Assembly: GCA_027021335.1 (NCBI GenBank)
Contig: JALUUO010000088.1
Span: 37,916 to 101,915, forward strand
Direction: 5' to 3'
DNA length: 64,000 bases
Source of the DNA: Nitrospirota bacterium
GTDB lineage: Bacteria; Nitrospirota; Thermodesulfovibrionia; SZUA-242
Position numbers and translations under genes: made by a program
The notes under the pieces: generated by a model
What the model was told of the DNA's origin: nothing
Database searches by the model: none
Seen by the model: the letters and a program-made list of their open reading frames with translations, nothing else
Shown: positions 9,316 through 19,557 of the stretch, piece by piece
How the letters are laid out: every line of letters begins with the position of its first letter
How positions within the stretch are numbered: position 1 is the first letter of the stretch

Positions 9316-10538
9316 TTCGCTACGTCAGGTGTCCTGGCGTAGGTACTGCTTCTTAGAGAACCGCGCAAGTCAGCCGGCAATGAACCGGAAGATGAACGGT
9401 TGTAGCGTTGCCCTCGTGATATGCTCATGAGGATTCCAGCAGCCGAAAGACTGACCAGCATGGAAGAGCCGCCGTAGCTCACAAAAGGAAGAGGTAGCCC
9501 CTTGGTCGGCAAAAGTCCTGTGGCTACAGCCACATTAAGCAGTGCCTGAAGAACTATCATAAGTGTAAGACCTAAGGCCAAGTAGCGCCCGAATGAGTCT
9601 TCGGCTGTAAATGTCAGGCGCATTCCACGAACCAGTATAACCAGAAAAAGTATCACCACACCTAGTGCACCGATAAGACCCAGCTCTTCACCGAGCATAG
9701 AGAATATGAAGTCTGTATGAGCTTCTGGTAGAAAAAAGAGTTTTTGCGGGCCTTCACCCAATCCCACCCCTGTAATTCCGCCGTTACCGAAGGAAAGCAG
9801 TGATTGGACCAATTGATATCCGCTGCCATACTCGTCTTTCCACGGATCCATAAAAGATGTAAGCCGCAGCATCCTATAAGGAGTCTGTACCAGCATATAA
9901 ATTGCGGCGGCGGCAATAGGCGACAGCAGCATAAAATACCTGCCACGTACCCCGCCTGCAAAAAGAAGAGCCAGACCTATTATGGCAAAGCTTACAAAAG
10001 CTCCAAAATCAGGCTGTAATATTATTGTCAGCTGAAATAACGCCATTATACCAACCGGTACAAGGAAGCCTGTAACAGGGTGTCCCATCTTTCGCCTGAG
10101 GGCGTGAGCCGCATTCAGCTTCATCTCTATATGAATATCCAGAGGTTTACTCATGTAGTCAGCCAGAAAAATCACATAGGCCAGCTTTGCAAGTTCAGAG
10201 GGTTGAAACGTCGAAGGCCAGAGCCTGATCCATCGCCTGGCACCGTTTGCACTTACACCTATTTCTCCGTTGAAGACCAACAGAAGAAGAATAAAAGAAA
10301 TTACCAGCAAAGGAGTAGCAGCTTTTCTTAAATGCCTGTAATCCATGAACATAAATACCGTCATTGCCATAAGCCCCACCAGCACTGACTGCACGTGACG
10401 AATCAAGAAGGCGAGTTCTCCGCCCCGGCTTTTCATGGCCATAACCGCTGTTGCGCTGTAGACCATAAGCACGCCCAGACCTACCAGGCTCAAGGCAGCA
10501 GCCAAAATGCCCCTGTCATGTCCGGATGAAACGATCAT
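9312..10538 (-). CDS. ftsW: Peptidoglycan glycosyltransferase FtsW (SEDS family)
   Basis: Polytopic membrane protein of the SEDS family lying between murG and murD. Confidence 0.88.
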   Translation of the reverse strand: MIVSSGHDRGILAAALSLVGLGVLMVYSATAVMAMKSRGGELAFLIRHVQSVLVGLMAMTVFMFMDYRHLRKAATPLLVISFILLLLVFNGEIGVSANGARRWIRLWPSTFQPSELAKLAYVIFLADYMSKPLDIHIEMKLNAAHALRRKMGHPVTGFLVPVGIMALFQLTIILQPDFGAFVSFAIIGLALLFAGGVRGRYFMLLSPIAAAAIYMLVQTPYRMLRLTSFMDPWKDEYGSGYQLVQSLLSFGNGGITGVGLGEGPQKLFFLPEAHTDFIFSMLGEELGLIGALGVVILFLVILVRGMRLTFTAEDSFGRYLALGLTLMIVLQALLNVAVATGLLPTKGLPLPFVSYGGSSMLVSLSAAGILMSISRGQRYNRSSSGSLPADLRGSLRSSTYARTPDVAK

Positions 10539-11974
10539 ATTGCCACTTCCCGGGCTTTAATAAACATTTTTTTCTTTTGTGGTAAGCGCCTTACCGCTTC
10601 TTTGAATTTTCTTCCCCGATCTTCGAAGTCAGCAAACATATCAAAACTCGCACACGCAGGAGACAGAAGCACGATGTCTCCTTTTACAGCGGCCAGGTCC
10701 GCCTTTTGCACAGCGTCATCCATATCATCTGCAAAGATCACCGGCGATGCGCTACCAAGTACGGCAGCCAGTTTTTCTGCGGTTTCGCCTATCAGAATCA
10801 GGGTTTTCACTCGTTTGCTTACCTCAGGCAAAAGGAGTGAGAAATCGGTTTTTTTATCAAAACCTCCGGCAATAAGAATTACAGGCTCTGAAAAGCTTTG
10901 GAGCGATTTTTCGGTTGCTCCGATGTTTGTTGCCTTTGAATCATTTATATAGGTTACACCACCAAGGCTGCCTACAAACTCAACACGATGCTCAAGGCCT
11001 GGGAAATCCCGCAGTACGCCGGCCACCACGCCGGGGGCAACCCCGGCAAGAAGAGCCAGGCAAGCGGCCGCCATAGCGTTTTCCAGGTTATGAGAGCCCT
11101 TTATTCGTATCGATTCTTGATGGATAATTTTTCCCTGCCTGCTGTCAAGGTGAAAGCAGAGTTCGTCGTCACGTAAAAAGACTCCCTTTTTTCCCTCCGC
11201 CTCGACTTTGCTGTTACTGCTAAACCATACAACTTCGCCCGGTGCCAACCCGGCAAGCGATACAACTGCTGGGTCGTCGGCATTTAGAACAAGATAATCA
11301 TGTTTGTTTTGTTGTTTAAAAATGTTTGTCTTTGCCGATATGTATTCATCCATTGAGCTATAGCGGTCAAGATGATCGGGCGAGATGTTTAAAACAGCAG
11401 CCAACCTGGGAGAAAACAACTCTGTGGTTTCTAGTTGAAAACTTGAAACTTCTGCGACTATCCATTTTGTGGATTGCGAACCATGTTTTTCTTCTTGTTT
11501 AATTTCAGTCAATCCCTCACATAGAGAGTTACCTATATTGCCACCTACAAATGCCGAAATTCCTGAAGCGTTAAGCATTTCTCCTGCCAGGGAGGTGACT
11601 GTTGATTTGCCGTTGGTGCCGGTGATCGCCATAAAAGGCAGGTCTGTAGACCTGTAGGCAAGTTCAAGCTCTCCTATCACTGCAATTCCTTTTGTACGGC
11701 ATATCTTAAGTGGATCTATATGTAGCGGAACTCCCGGACTTACAACGACCATATCCACCCCTTCGAAAACAGACGCAGGATGCCCGCCTGCGACAAATGA
11801 GATTCCGTCCGGCAATAAATCCAGTTCGTTTTTTATATCCTCCGCTTTTCTGCAGTCTGTAACGGTCACCTGCAACCCTTGGTCGGCCAGAAGACGGGCA
11901 GCTCCAATACCGCTTCGGCCCAGGCCTACAATAGTTACCCGTTTACAGGTTTTTTCCGGATTCTTCACATTCAC
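10535..11974 (-). CDS. murD: UDP-N-acetylmuramoylalanine--D-glutamate ligase MurD
   Basis: VTIVGLGRSGIGAARLL Rossmann N-terminus and the Mur-ligase P-loop GTNGKSTVTS. Confidence 0.93.
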   Translation of the reverse strand: MNVKNPEKTCKRVTIVGLGRSGIGAARLLADQGLQVTVTDCRKAEDIKNELDLLPDGISFVAGGHPASVFEGVDMVVVSPGVPLHIDPLKICRTKGIAVIGELELAYRSTDLPFMAITGTNGKSTVTSLAGEMLNASGISAFVGGNIGNSLCEGLTEIKQEEKHGSQSTKWIVAEVSSFQLETTELFSPRLAAVLNISPDHLDRYSSMDEYISAKTNIFKQQNKHDYLVLNADDPAVVSLAGLAPGEVVWFSSNSKVEAEGKKGVFLRDDELCFHLDSRQGKIIHQESIRIKGSHNLENAMAAACLALLAGVAPGVVAGVLRDFPGLEHRVEFVGSLGGVTYINDSKATNIGATEKSLQSFSEPVILIAGGFDKKTDFSLLLPEVSKRVKTLILIGETAEKLAAVLGSASPVIFADDMDDAVQKADLAAVKGDIVLLSPACASFDMFADFEDRGRKFKEAVRRLPQKKKMFIKAREVAI

Positions 11975-11984
11975 AGTTTATCCG

Positions 11985-13064
11985 TTACCTAACCTTAAGA
12001 GTGGCCAGGCTGACCAGAGCTAGAAGTATGCCCACAATCCAGAACCTGACGATCACTTTTGATTCAGGCCACCCTTTAAGCTCAAAATGGTGATGCAGCG
12101 GCGCCATTAAAAAAACTCGCCGGCCCGTAAGCTTGAACGATGCAACCTGTATAATTACCGAAAAAGTCTCGGCCACGAATATGCCTCCTACCACCGCCAG
12201 AACGATCTCCTGCTTGGAGATAACAGCGAGGGTTCCGAGTGTGCCGCCAAGGGAAAGCGAGCCGACATCACCCATAAAGACCTCGGCAGGGTATGAGTTA
12301 AACCATAAGAATCCCAGAGAAGCTCCGAGCATAGCTCCGCAGAAAACTGTGAGCTCACCTGTGCCCGGCAGATAAAACACCTGTAAGTACTGAGCGAACT
12401 TTATATTGCCGCCGATATATATCAGCAGCCCGTTGGCAACAGTGGCTATGGCCACAAGACCGATTGCAAGGCCGTCTATACCATCTGTCAGGTTCACCGC
12501 ATTGGATGAGCCGATTATAACCAGCAAAACAAATGGAAGATAAAAGCAGCCAAGATCAACCAGCCATTTTTTGAAAAACGGAATGCTCAGAACTGATGAA
12601 TGTGTATCGCCGGTATTATATGCCGCAACCCCGATTGCCAAAGCTATAAGTACCTGAAACCCTATTTTGTAATAGGCACGAAGTCCGGTGGAGTCTCCAC
12701 GTTTTATTTTCAGGTAATCATCAAGGTATCCAACAGCTCCAAAAGCCGTAAGGGAGGCCATCAACAACCATATATATGTGTTTTTCAAATCAGACCAGAG
12801 TATAACCGAAACCAGAATGCTTGTAATTATCAGCAACCCTCCGGAAGTAGGTGTGCCTTCCTTTCCGAGGTGAGTTTTTGGACCGTCCCTTCTTACCTTC
12901 TGTGTAAGGCTCAGCTTCGAGAGACGCCTGATAACCGCCGGTCCTATAACCAGGCTTAAAACAAGAGATGTGATTACGGCAAGTGCGCTCCGAAACGTTA
13001 TGTAACGAAATACATTTAATGGAGACCATAACTCGTGCATGGAATAAAGAAGTCTATACAGCAT
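11985..13064 (-). CDS. mraY: Phospho-N-acetylmuramoyl-pentapeptide transferase MraY
   Basis: Polytopic membrane protein with the MraY-family motifs (NAVNLTDGIDGLA, SNAVNLTDG). Confidence 0.92.
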   Translation of the reverse strand: MLYRLLYSMHELWSPLNVFRYITFRSALAVITSLVLSLVIGPAVIRRLSKLSLTQKVRRDGPKTHLGKEGTPTSGGLLIITSILVSVILWSDLKNTYIWLLMASLTAFGAVGYLDDYLKIKRGDSTGLRAYYKIGFQVLIALAIGVAAYNTGDTHSSVLSIPFFKKWLVDLGCFYLPFVLLVIIGSSNAVNLTDGIDGLAIGLVAIATVANGLLIYIGGNIKFAQYLQVFYLPGTGELTVFCGAMLGASLGFLWFNSYPAEVFMGDVGSLSLGGTLGTLAVISKQEIVLAVVGGIFVAETFSVIIQVASFKLTGRRVFLMAPLHHHFELKGWPESKVIVRFWIVGILLALVSLATLKVR

Positions 13065-14433
13065 CCCGAATTCTCCTAACTATAATCTCCATGGCCATGC
13101 CCCTTGATCCCTTAACCAAAATACAATCTCCAGGTTTTATAATTTCGAAGATATTTTCCGCTGCTGACTTGGAGTCGTTGAACAGCACGCAGTTTCCACC
13201 AAATACTTCTGCAGCTTTGCGCATAAGCGGTCCGACCGCTACAAGAAGATCAATTCCGTATTCGGAAGCAAGGCGTCCGGCTTCTTTATGATGGTCTGCC
13301 GAGGCCGTGCCAAGCTCCAGCATATCACCAAGCACGGCTATTTTGCGTCTTTTTCCTTTGCCGGTTTCAGTCAATTCAGCCAACGCAGCTTTCACTGACA
13401 TGGGGTTGGCATTGTAGCTGTCATCAATCACCATATACTTCTCTATCTCCAAAGTCTCAAACCGCATTGGAACGCCATGGTAGTCGGCCAGACGCTGGGC
13501 CGCAATTTTTAAGGAGATTCCAAGCAGTTGTCCTGCAGCAACTGCGGCCAGGGCGTTTGAGGCGTTGAAACGTCCTGAAACAGGTAGTTTAAAAGGAACC
13601 CCCTCTACAGAAAAGGTTATTCCTGTCTTTCCTCCTGCCTGCAAGCCGGTTGCACGCAGATCGGCCTCGTTATCAATGGCGTAAGTGATTACTTTAGAAG
13701 ACCGGGACGAGAGATTCTTGCAGGCATCGGCAAGCAGGCGGTTATCTGCGTTTACCACAAGTGGTCCCTCAAGGTGGTCCAGCAGTTCGAGCTTTGCCTT
13801 AAGCACCTTGTCTATACTGTCAAGGCCTGCTGCAAGATGGGCAGGCCCAACGTTGGTTATCACGCCTATATCAGGCAAGGCTATTTTTGCCAGTTTGCGG
13901 ATTTCGCCCTCTGCGTTCATTCCCATTTCGATTACGGCGGCCGTATGTTTTTTGGTCATACCAAGCAGAGTCAGAGGCAGTCCTATGTGATTGTTAAGAT
14001 TGCCCTGGGTTTTTAACACATTGAAACTTCCGGATAAAACCGTAGCGGTCATTTCCTTTGTGGTTGTCTTGCCTGTGCTTCCGGTGACCGCTATAACCGG
14101 AGTGTTCTTTAAAAAGCTCACTCTGTGGTTATGTGCCATGTTCTGTAGGGTTTTAAGCGGGTTTGGCGTTCGTATAAGCCTCTTTTCAACCCGAAAATCA
14201 GGAGACTCAAAATCCATGTTGACCAGCGCTGCTGCGGCACCTTTTGCAAGGGCGTCGGATACATATTTATGGCCGTCGGTGTTTTGTCCTTTAAGAGCGA
14301 CAAAAAGCTCTCCGGGCAGGATCGTCCTGGAGTCGATAGACGCACCGGTAAATGAAAGTCTTGGGGATTTGGAACATGGAACTGAAAATTCGTCTTCCAC
14401 TTCCCGGGTTTTCTTTACTGTTTCACAGGCCAT
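13054..14433 (-). CDS. murF: UDP-MurNAc-tripeptide--D-alanyl-D-alanine ligase MurF
   Basis: Mur-ligase P-loop GSTGKTTTKE in dcw context. Confidence 0.92.
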   Translation of the reverse strand: MACETVKKTREVEDEFSVPCSKSPRLSFTGASIDSRTILPGELFVALKGQNTDGHKYVSDALAKGAAAALVNMDFESPDFRVEKRLIRTPNPLKTLQNMAHNHRVSFLKNTPVIAVTGSTGKTTTKEMTATVLSGSFNVLKTQGNLNNHIGLPLTLLGMTKKHTAAVIEMGMNAEGEIRKLAKIALPDIGVITNVGPAHLAAGLDSIDKVLKAKLELLDHLEGPLVVNADNRLLADACKNLSSRSSKVITYAIDNEADLRATGLQAGGKTGITFSVEGVPFKLPVSGRFNASNALAAVAAGQLLGISLKIAAQRLADYHGVPMRFETLEIEKYMVIDDSYNANPMSVKAALAELTETGKGKRRKIAVLGDMLELGTASADHHKEAGRLASEYGIDLLVAVGPLMRKAAEVFGGNCVLFNDSKSAAENIFEIIKPGDCILVKGSRGMAMEIIVRRIRDAV

Positions 14434-15983
14434 TACTTATCCTTTACGCCCTGCAGGATCTTTATAGCCTCAACTGCGGCATCACGATCACTAAATGGAA
14501 GACGGGATCCATAAATCTCCTGGTAGTTCTCGTGTCCTTTGCCGGCAATAAGTACAACATCTCCGGGAGATGTAATCATTACCGCATGCCGTATTGCCCG
14601 TTCCCGCTCGGGTATCACCAGGTAATTGTAGCGGGATATTCCGGTTCTTATCTCACCAAAAATATTATTAATTTCTTCACTCCTGGGATTATCAGTTGTC
14701 AGAATCACGTAGTCGCTAAGCCAGGAGGCCACTCTTCCCATCTTTGAGCGTTTTCCTTTATCCCTGTCCCCGCCACAACCAAATACGGTAATAACACGCC
14801 CTTGCCGGGTAAGAGAACGTGCAGAGCGTATTGCTCTGCTAAGTGCGTCATCGGTATGAGCGTAGTCCACAAGGACAAGAAAGTCCTGTCCTGCTTCGAC
14901 CCTCTCAAAGCGTCCCGGAACACCCTGTATACAGGAAAGTCCCTTTAGCGTTGTATCGGCAGATATTCCAAAGCCGACACTAACGCCAAAAGCCGCCAGC
15001 ATATTGTAAATGTTGTGATACCCGATAAGGCCAGACTCTACACGATACAAACGTCCGCGGTACAGAATTTTGAAGCTGACACTGGAAACCCCGTTTTTTA
15101 TATCAAGAGCCCTGATATCCGCAGGCGCATTGATGCCGTAAGAGATGGTTTTTGCAGGCAGAGAATCCTTTAACTTCCGGCCGTACTCATCATCTGTATT
15201 TAAGACGGCAAATCCGTCTTTCTGTAGATGACTGAATAATTCCCGTTTTACATCGAAGTACTTATCCATGGTTTTATGAAAGTCCAGATGATCGCGGGTA
15301 AGGTTGGTAAATACAGCAGCACGATAGGTACACCCGTGAATTCTCTTTAAGGAGAGGGCATGGGAAGAGACCTCCATGACTGCTGCCTTAAGATCGTTTT
15401 TCACCATTTCGTGCAGGTATCTTTGCAGGTCTACCGACTCAGGTGTTGTCCTTACGGCCGGAACCGAAAGAGGAGCCGCACCCGGCTCTTTTTCCGCTCC
15501 TGTTATATATTCTATGGTACCCAGCAGCCCTGACCGTATTCCGGCAGACTCAAAAACTGACCGGACCAGGTAGGCCGTTGTTGTTTTACCGTTAGTTCCG
15601 GTAATGCCGACAAGGTCCAGGTGTTTTGAGGGCTTGCCGTAGAAAGTCGCGGCAGCATGTGCCATGGCAAGCCGAACATTGTCCACTTCTAAAAAAACAG
15701 CGTTAGGCCTAACAAAATCCTCAAGATCATCTCCCAGTACGGCTACTGCTCCCTTGTCCATGGCAGAGCCGATGAACTGCCGGCCGTCACTAGATGTCCC
15801 GCGCACTGCCACGAAAAGAAACCCAGGTTGAATACGCCTGGAGTCATAGGCGATGCCTGTTATTTCTTCCGGTTCTTTTGATTCCTTCGATGACTGTTCA
15901 TAAACGCGTACTTTGCCTATCGCCTTCACAATTTGGCTGAACTTTATACTATCTTTCGTCTGAGACAAGCAGAATGTTTCCAT
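14433..15983 (-). CDS. murE: UDP-MurNAc-L-Ala-D-Glu--2,6-diaminopimelate ligase MurE
   Basis: Mur-ligase P-loop GITGTNGKTTTAY and the C-terminal ligase domain. Confidence 0.92.
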   Translation of the reverse strand: METFCLSQTKDSIKFSQIVKAIGKVRVYEQSSKESKEPEEITGIAYDSRRIQPGFLFVAVRGTSSDGRQFIGSAMDKGAVAVLGDDLEDFVRPNAVFLEVDNVRLAMAHAAATFYGKPSKHLDLVGITGTNGKTTTAYLVRSVFESAGIRSGLLGTIEYITGAEKEPGAAPLSVPAVRTTPESVDLQRYLHEMVKNDLKAAVMEVSSHALSLKRIHGCTYRAAVFTNLTRDHLDFHKTMDKYFDVKRELFSHLQKDGFAVLNTDDEYGRKLKDSLPAKTISYGINAPADIRALDIKNGVSSVSFKILYRGRLYRVESGLIGYHNIYNMLAAFGVSVGFGISADTTLKGLSCIQGVPGRFERVEAGQDFLVLVDYAHTDDALSRAIRSARSLTRQGRVITVFGCGGDRDKGKRSKMGRVASWLSDYVILTTDNPRSEEINNIFGEIRTGISRYNYLVIPERERAIRHAVMITSPGDVVLIAGKGHENYQEIYGSRLPFSDRDAAVEAIKILQGVKDK

Positions 15984-17649
15984 TATTCTCCCTCGGTACG
16001 TTTAGATAAATTAAAGCATGCTCCGCTATATTCCTGAACACAGGAGCAGCCACCTCACCACCATATATAGCTCCCTTTGGCTCGTCCACGACCACTATTA
16101 TGGCAAGTCGCGGTTTGTCAGAGGGCACAAAACCAACAAAGGAACTTACGTACCTGGTCCGAGAATAACGGCCATTTGAATTGAGCTTACGGGCCGTGCC
16201 GGTTTTGCCGGCCACAGGATTGCCAAGCACAGAGGCACGGACTGCTGTGCCCCCCTCTTGAACAACCTTTTCGAGAATTCCGGTCAGTATTGCGCTGGTT
16301 TTTTTAGATATTACCCGCCGTATAGGTTTGGGAGAAAATGAGCGAACCGTACGGCCATCCGCATCGATAATTTCGGATACAATGTACGGACGCATCAAAA
16401 CACCGCCGTTTGCAATGGCACAGTAGGCGTTAAGCAGTTGAAGTGGTGTTACGGCCACTTCGTAACCCACGGCTAGAGCGCCTATAGATGATCCTGACCA
16501 ACGCTCAGGCGCACGCAAAAGGCCTCTAACTTCACCTGGAAGGTCCGAGCCTGTTTTAGCTCCGAAACCGAAACTCCGGATATAGCCGTAGAACCTGTTC
16601 TTGCCCAGTCTCTGAGCTATTTTTACGGCGCCCACGTTTGAAGATTTCTGGATCACTTCGGCAAAGCTGAGAACCTTGTGCCTATGATCATCACGAATCT
16701 TTCGCCCGCCTACTTCTATGTATCCTTTCGAACAGTCGAACCGGTCACTAGGTCTTGCTACCGACTCTTCCAAGGCTGCAGCGGCCAGGATGGATTTAAA
16801 GGTTGAGCCTGGTTCGTAAACATCGGTTACAGCACGATTGCGCCAATGTTCCGGTTTATCCGGGCGTTCCGGTGAGAAGGTGGGACTGACCGCCATTGCC
16901 AATATACGGCCTGTGTCCGGCTCCATCAAAATAGATACGGCCGAAGATGCCTTCCATTTTTTAACAGCATTGAATAATTCCTTCTCCACTATGTACTGAA
17001 GATCTTCGTCCAGGGTGAGAACCAAGCTGTCACCCATGGTGCTGCCACTGTAGAGACCACCGTTGGAAAGGGCGCGTCCATGCGCATCCATGCCGTGCTG
17101 TCTCTGCCTGCTGCGTCCTCGGAGTATTTCGTCATATTTGAGTTCCAGACCCTCCGAGCCCTTGTTGTCCATATTGACAAATCCGATCACATGGGCCCCA
17201 AGCGACCCTTTTGGATATGTGCGTCTGGTCTCCGGAACAAAACCTACTTGCGGAGATAAGTTGAGCCGCTTGATTCGCTGTACGGCACTATCCTCAAGTT
17301 TACGTTCAAGCCAGACAAAGCTTTTATCCAGTGAAAGCCGTTTGACAAGAGTGCGGTCGCTCATGCGCACGTAGGGTGAAAGCTTTCTGGCAACCAAAGC
17401 AGGATCACCTATTTCCCTTGGCACACCATATAATGATTCGACCTTACGATTTACGGCCAGCTCCCGCATACGATTGTCGTATATAGCACCGCGTCTAGGT
17501 TTTATAGACTCCATCTTTACATGCTGGTTATGCGCTCTTTCGGCTAAACGTTCGTGCTCCAAGACCATAAGGTCAACAAGCCTGATCGTCACACTCAGGA
17601 ATCCAAGCAGGACTATGATGAAAAGAAAGGTAACCCGTCGTTTATTCAT
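15949..17649 (-). CDS. ftsI: Peptidoglycan transpeptidase FtsI (PBP3)
   Basis: N-terminal transmembrane anchor, PBP dimerisation domain, and transpeptidase motifs STFK / SSN / KTG. Confidence 0.92.
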   Translation of the reverse strand: MNKRRVTFLFIIVLLGFLSVTIRLVDLMVLEHERLAERAHNQHVKMESIKPRRGAIYDNRMRELAVNRKVESLYGVPREIGDPALVARKLSPYVRMSDRTLVKRLSLDKSFVWLERKLEDSAVQRIKRLNLSPQVGFVPETRRTYPKGSLGAHVIGFVNMDNKGSEGLELKYDEILRGRSRQRQHGMDAHGRALSNGGLYSGSTMGDSLVLTLDEDLQYIVEKELFNAVKKWKASSAVSILMEPDTGRILAMAVSPTFSPERPDKPEHWRNRAVTDVYEPGSTFKSILAAAALEESVARPSDRFDCSKGYIEVGGRKIRDDHRHKVLSFAEVIQKSSNVGAVKIAQRLGKNRFYGYIRSFGFGAKTGSDLPGEVRGLLRAPERWSGSSIGALAVGYEVAVTPLQLLNAYCAIANGGVLMRPYIVSEIIDADGRTVRSFSPKPIRRVISKKTSAILTGILEKVVQEGGTAVRASVLGNPVAGKTGTARKLNSNGRYSRTRYVSSFVGFVPSDKPRLAIIVVVDEPKGAIYGGEVAAPVFRNIAEHALIYLNVPRENNGNILLVSDER

Positions 17650-17695
17650 CCTTTTTTAATGGGGGACTGGTTCTAAGTCTGTCCCTATCATCCTA

Positions 17696-18049
17696 TTACA
17701 GTTTAGGGCTGCCTCCGGGTATGCGCTTGCCGTTTTTAACTCTTACTACTCTTGTATCGTAACGGACCATATAAACATTGCTCCTGTCCGGAAGCGTAAG
17801 GCCAAGTCGGCTTGCACGCATGGCTATACGGGCTGGAGAAGAAAGCCTGTTTTTATGACTGATCAGCCTCTTTTGCTCTGTCAGGAGTTCGGTGCGGCTT
17901 TTTTCAAGCTCACCGATCTCGTATCTTATCTCCATGACTCTTGTTCTTATCCATATCAGCGAAAGAACCCCGGAACATAGAAGCATGACTGCTAAGGGTT
18001 TTAATAAAATACGCATTGACGGAATTACTGTTTTTCTGACTTTCGGCAT
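17696..18049 (-). CDS. ftsL: Cell division protein FtsL
   Basis: Small protein with one transmembrane helix followed by a coiled coil, placed between rsmH and ftsI. Confidence 0.7.
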   Translation of the reverse strand: MPKVRKTVIPSMRILLKPLAVMLLCSGVLSLIWIRTRVMEIRYEIGELEKSRTELLTEQKRLISHKNRLSSPARIAMRASRLGLTLPDRSNVYMVRYDTRVVRVKNGKRIPGGSPKL

Positions 18050-18051
18050 TT

Positions 18052-18936
18052 TTACACATCCTTCTCCGGTTGCCGGAGTTTTTCGGCCACTCGCAGTTTG
18101 GCGCTTCGGCTTCTTGGGTTTTGAAGAACCTCCTCTCGGCCTGGTGTTACGGGCTTCGAGGTAATAAGTTTGAAAATTCCTTGTCCCTTCATGGTTCGAA
18201 ATGAGTTTTTCACAATTCTGTCCTCAAGAGAGTGGTAGCTTATTACGCAGAGCCTTCCTTCAGGAAAAAGCAGCGAGGCGGCGCTCTCTAGAGCCTTCTG
18301 CAGGACATCGAGTTCCCGGTTAACTGCAATCCTGAGCGCTTGAAATGTTCTGGTTGCAGGATGAATTTTTCCACGTCGTTTTGTTGCCGATTCAATCAGG
18401 TCTGCAAGCTCTTTGCAAGTTCTCAGTGGACGTCCACGTACAATCGCCCGTGCTATGCGGCGAGAGTAGCGTTCTTCCCCGTATTCGTAAATAATATTTG
18501 CCAGGTCTTTTTCCGAAGCATGGTTAACTATATCCGCCGCTGTTGTCTCGCTTGAGCGATCCATGCGCATATCAAGAGGAGCGCTGCTTCTAAAGCTGAA
18601 TCCGCGCGTGGACGAAAGGAGCTGGAAAGACGACAGTCCCAGGTCCATAAGGATTCCATCAACCCACTCTATTCCAACATCCGCAAGCAAAGTAGTCATA
18701 TTTTCAAAATTACCTTTAAGAAAAGTTATCCTCTCTTCCATGATTCTTTTTGATGTTATTGCCAGGGTTTCAGCATCCTGGTCAATGCATATCAAGCGCC
18801 CGCCCGGTCTCAGTCTTTTAAGTATTTCTGTAGCATGTCCCCCTAGCCCCACGGTAGCATCCACGTAAATACCGTTTGGATGGATCTGTAAATACTCCAG
18901 GATTTCTTCCGGAAGAACCGGGAGATGATCTATCAA
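18052..18936 (-). CDS. rsmH: 16S rRNA (cytosine1402-N4)-methyltransferase RsmH (MraW)
   Basis: SAM-methyltransferase motifs (YVDATVGLGGH) and its position directly downstream of mraZ. Confidence 0.92.
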   Translation of the reverse strand: MIDHLPVLPEEILEYLQIHPNGIYVDATVGLGGHATEILKRLRPGGRLICIDQDAETLAITSKRIMEERITFLKGNFENMTTLLADVGIEWVDGILMDLGLSSFQLLSSTRGFSFRSSAPLDMRMDRSSETTAADIVNHASEKDLANIIYEYGEERYSRRIARAIVRGRPLRTCKELADLIESATKRRGKIHPATRTFQALRIAVNRELDVLQKALESAASLLFPEGRLCVISYHSLEDRIVKNSFRTMKGQGIFKLITSKPVTPGREEVLQNPRSRSAKLRVAEKLRQPEKDV

Positions 18937-19394
18937 ATTTTACCGCCCATCTCATTAATGGAATCCTCTACGGAAGATGGATCAAGTGTTGCCATTTTAG
19001 ATGCATAGGCTGCCTTGTCCCATATCTCAATTTTGTCTGTGATTCCCAAAAATAAAACTTGTCCGCCGTTGATTTCCGCCCATTCTCTATGGCTTGCCGG
19101 AATAAGAATTCTTCCCTGTTTGTCAAATTCCAGCTCTACCGCGGAACTTATAAAATGTCTATAATAAAATTTTACGTTTTTATCAGTAGAAGAGAGGCCT
19201 GATGCATGTTCCTCTATCTTAGCCCACTCTTCTGTAGGATAAGCTCGAAGGCAGCGGTCGAAAACAGTGGCCAGCATAAGCCTGTTTTCACCGTATCTTT
19301 CGGCCAGAATTTCCCGAAAAGGTGCTGGAACGCTTACTCTGCCCTTCGAGTCTATCGAGAGGGTATGCCGTCCTCTGAAATTCTGGTCTAACAC
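18933..19394 (-). CDS. mraZ: Transcriptional regulator MraZ
   Basis: Duplicated MraZ/SpoVT-AbrB-type domains (FRGRHTLSIDSKGRVSVP ... GQVLFLG). It is the first gene of the dcw operon. The ORF-track start is GTG at 19394. Confidence 0.9.
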   Translation of the reverse strand: MLDQNFRGRHTLSIDSKGRVSVPAPFREILAERYGENRLMLATVFDRCLRAYPTEEWAKIEEHASGLSSTDKNVKFYYRHFISSAVELEFDKQGRILIPASHREWAEINGGQVLFLGITDKIEIWDKAAYASKMATLDPSSVEDSINEMGGKI

Positions 19395-19401
19395 TTATTT
19401 G

Positions 19402-19425
19402 CCACCTTTCCCCACCTTTCCCCAC
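19402..19425 (-). promoter_or_regulatory. Candidate MraZ operator: three GTGG(G) direct repeats at 10-bp phasing in the mraZ leader
   Basis: On the minus strand the leader reads cGTGGGGaaagGTGGGGaaagGTGGcaaataaGTG(start). This matches the spaced GTGGG direct-repeat architecture of MraZ boxes. The last repeat doubles as the Shine-Dalgarno sequence. Confidence 0.55.
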
Positions 19426-19433
19426 GTACAACA

Positions 19434-19462
19434 ATTTTTAAGTATTTCTATCGGTTTGTCAA
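19434..19462 (-). promoter_or_regulatory. Candidate sigma70-type promoter of the mraZ/dcw operon (Pmra)
   Basis: On the minus strand there is a perfect TTGACA -35 box, a 16-17 nt spacer, and a TAAAAT -10 box. The GTGG repeats lie immediately downstream. Confidence 0.5.
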
Positions 19463-19557
19463 GAAAAATCTTTAAATATCTGTTTTCGATCCCTGATTTG
19501 CTATAGTAACTATCAGATTTATCTGAAGAAATAGGAGGAAATACTGGAGAAGAAAAT

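Noticed and set aside
19402-19425. CCACCTTTCCCCACCTTTCCCC read as a simple sequence repeat or slippage artefact
   Set aside because: Its position between a consensus promoter and the mraZ start, and its GTGG periodicity on the coding strand, fit an MraZ operator and Shine-Dalgarno sequence better than neutral microsatellite DNA.
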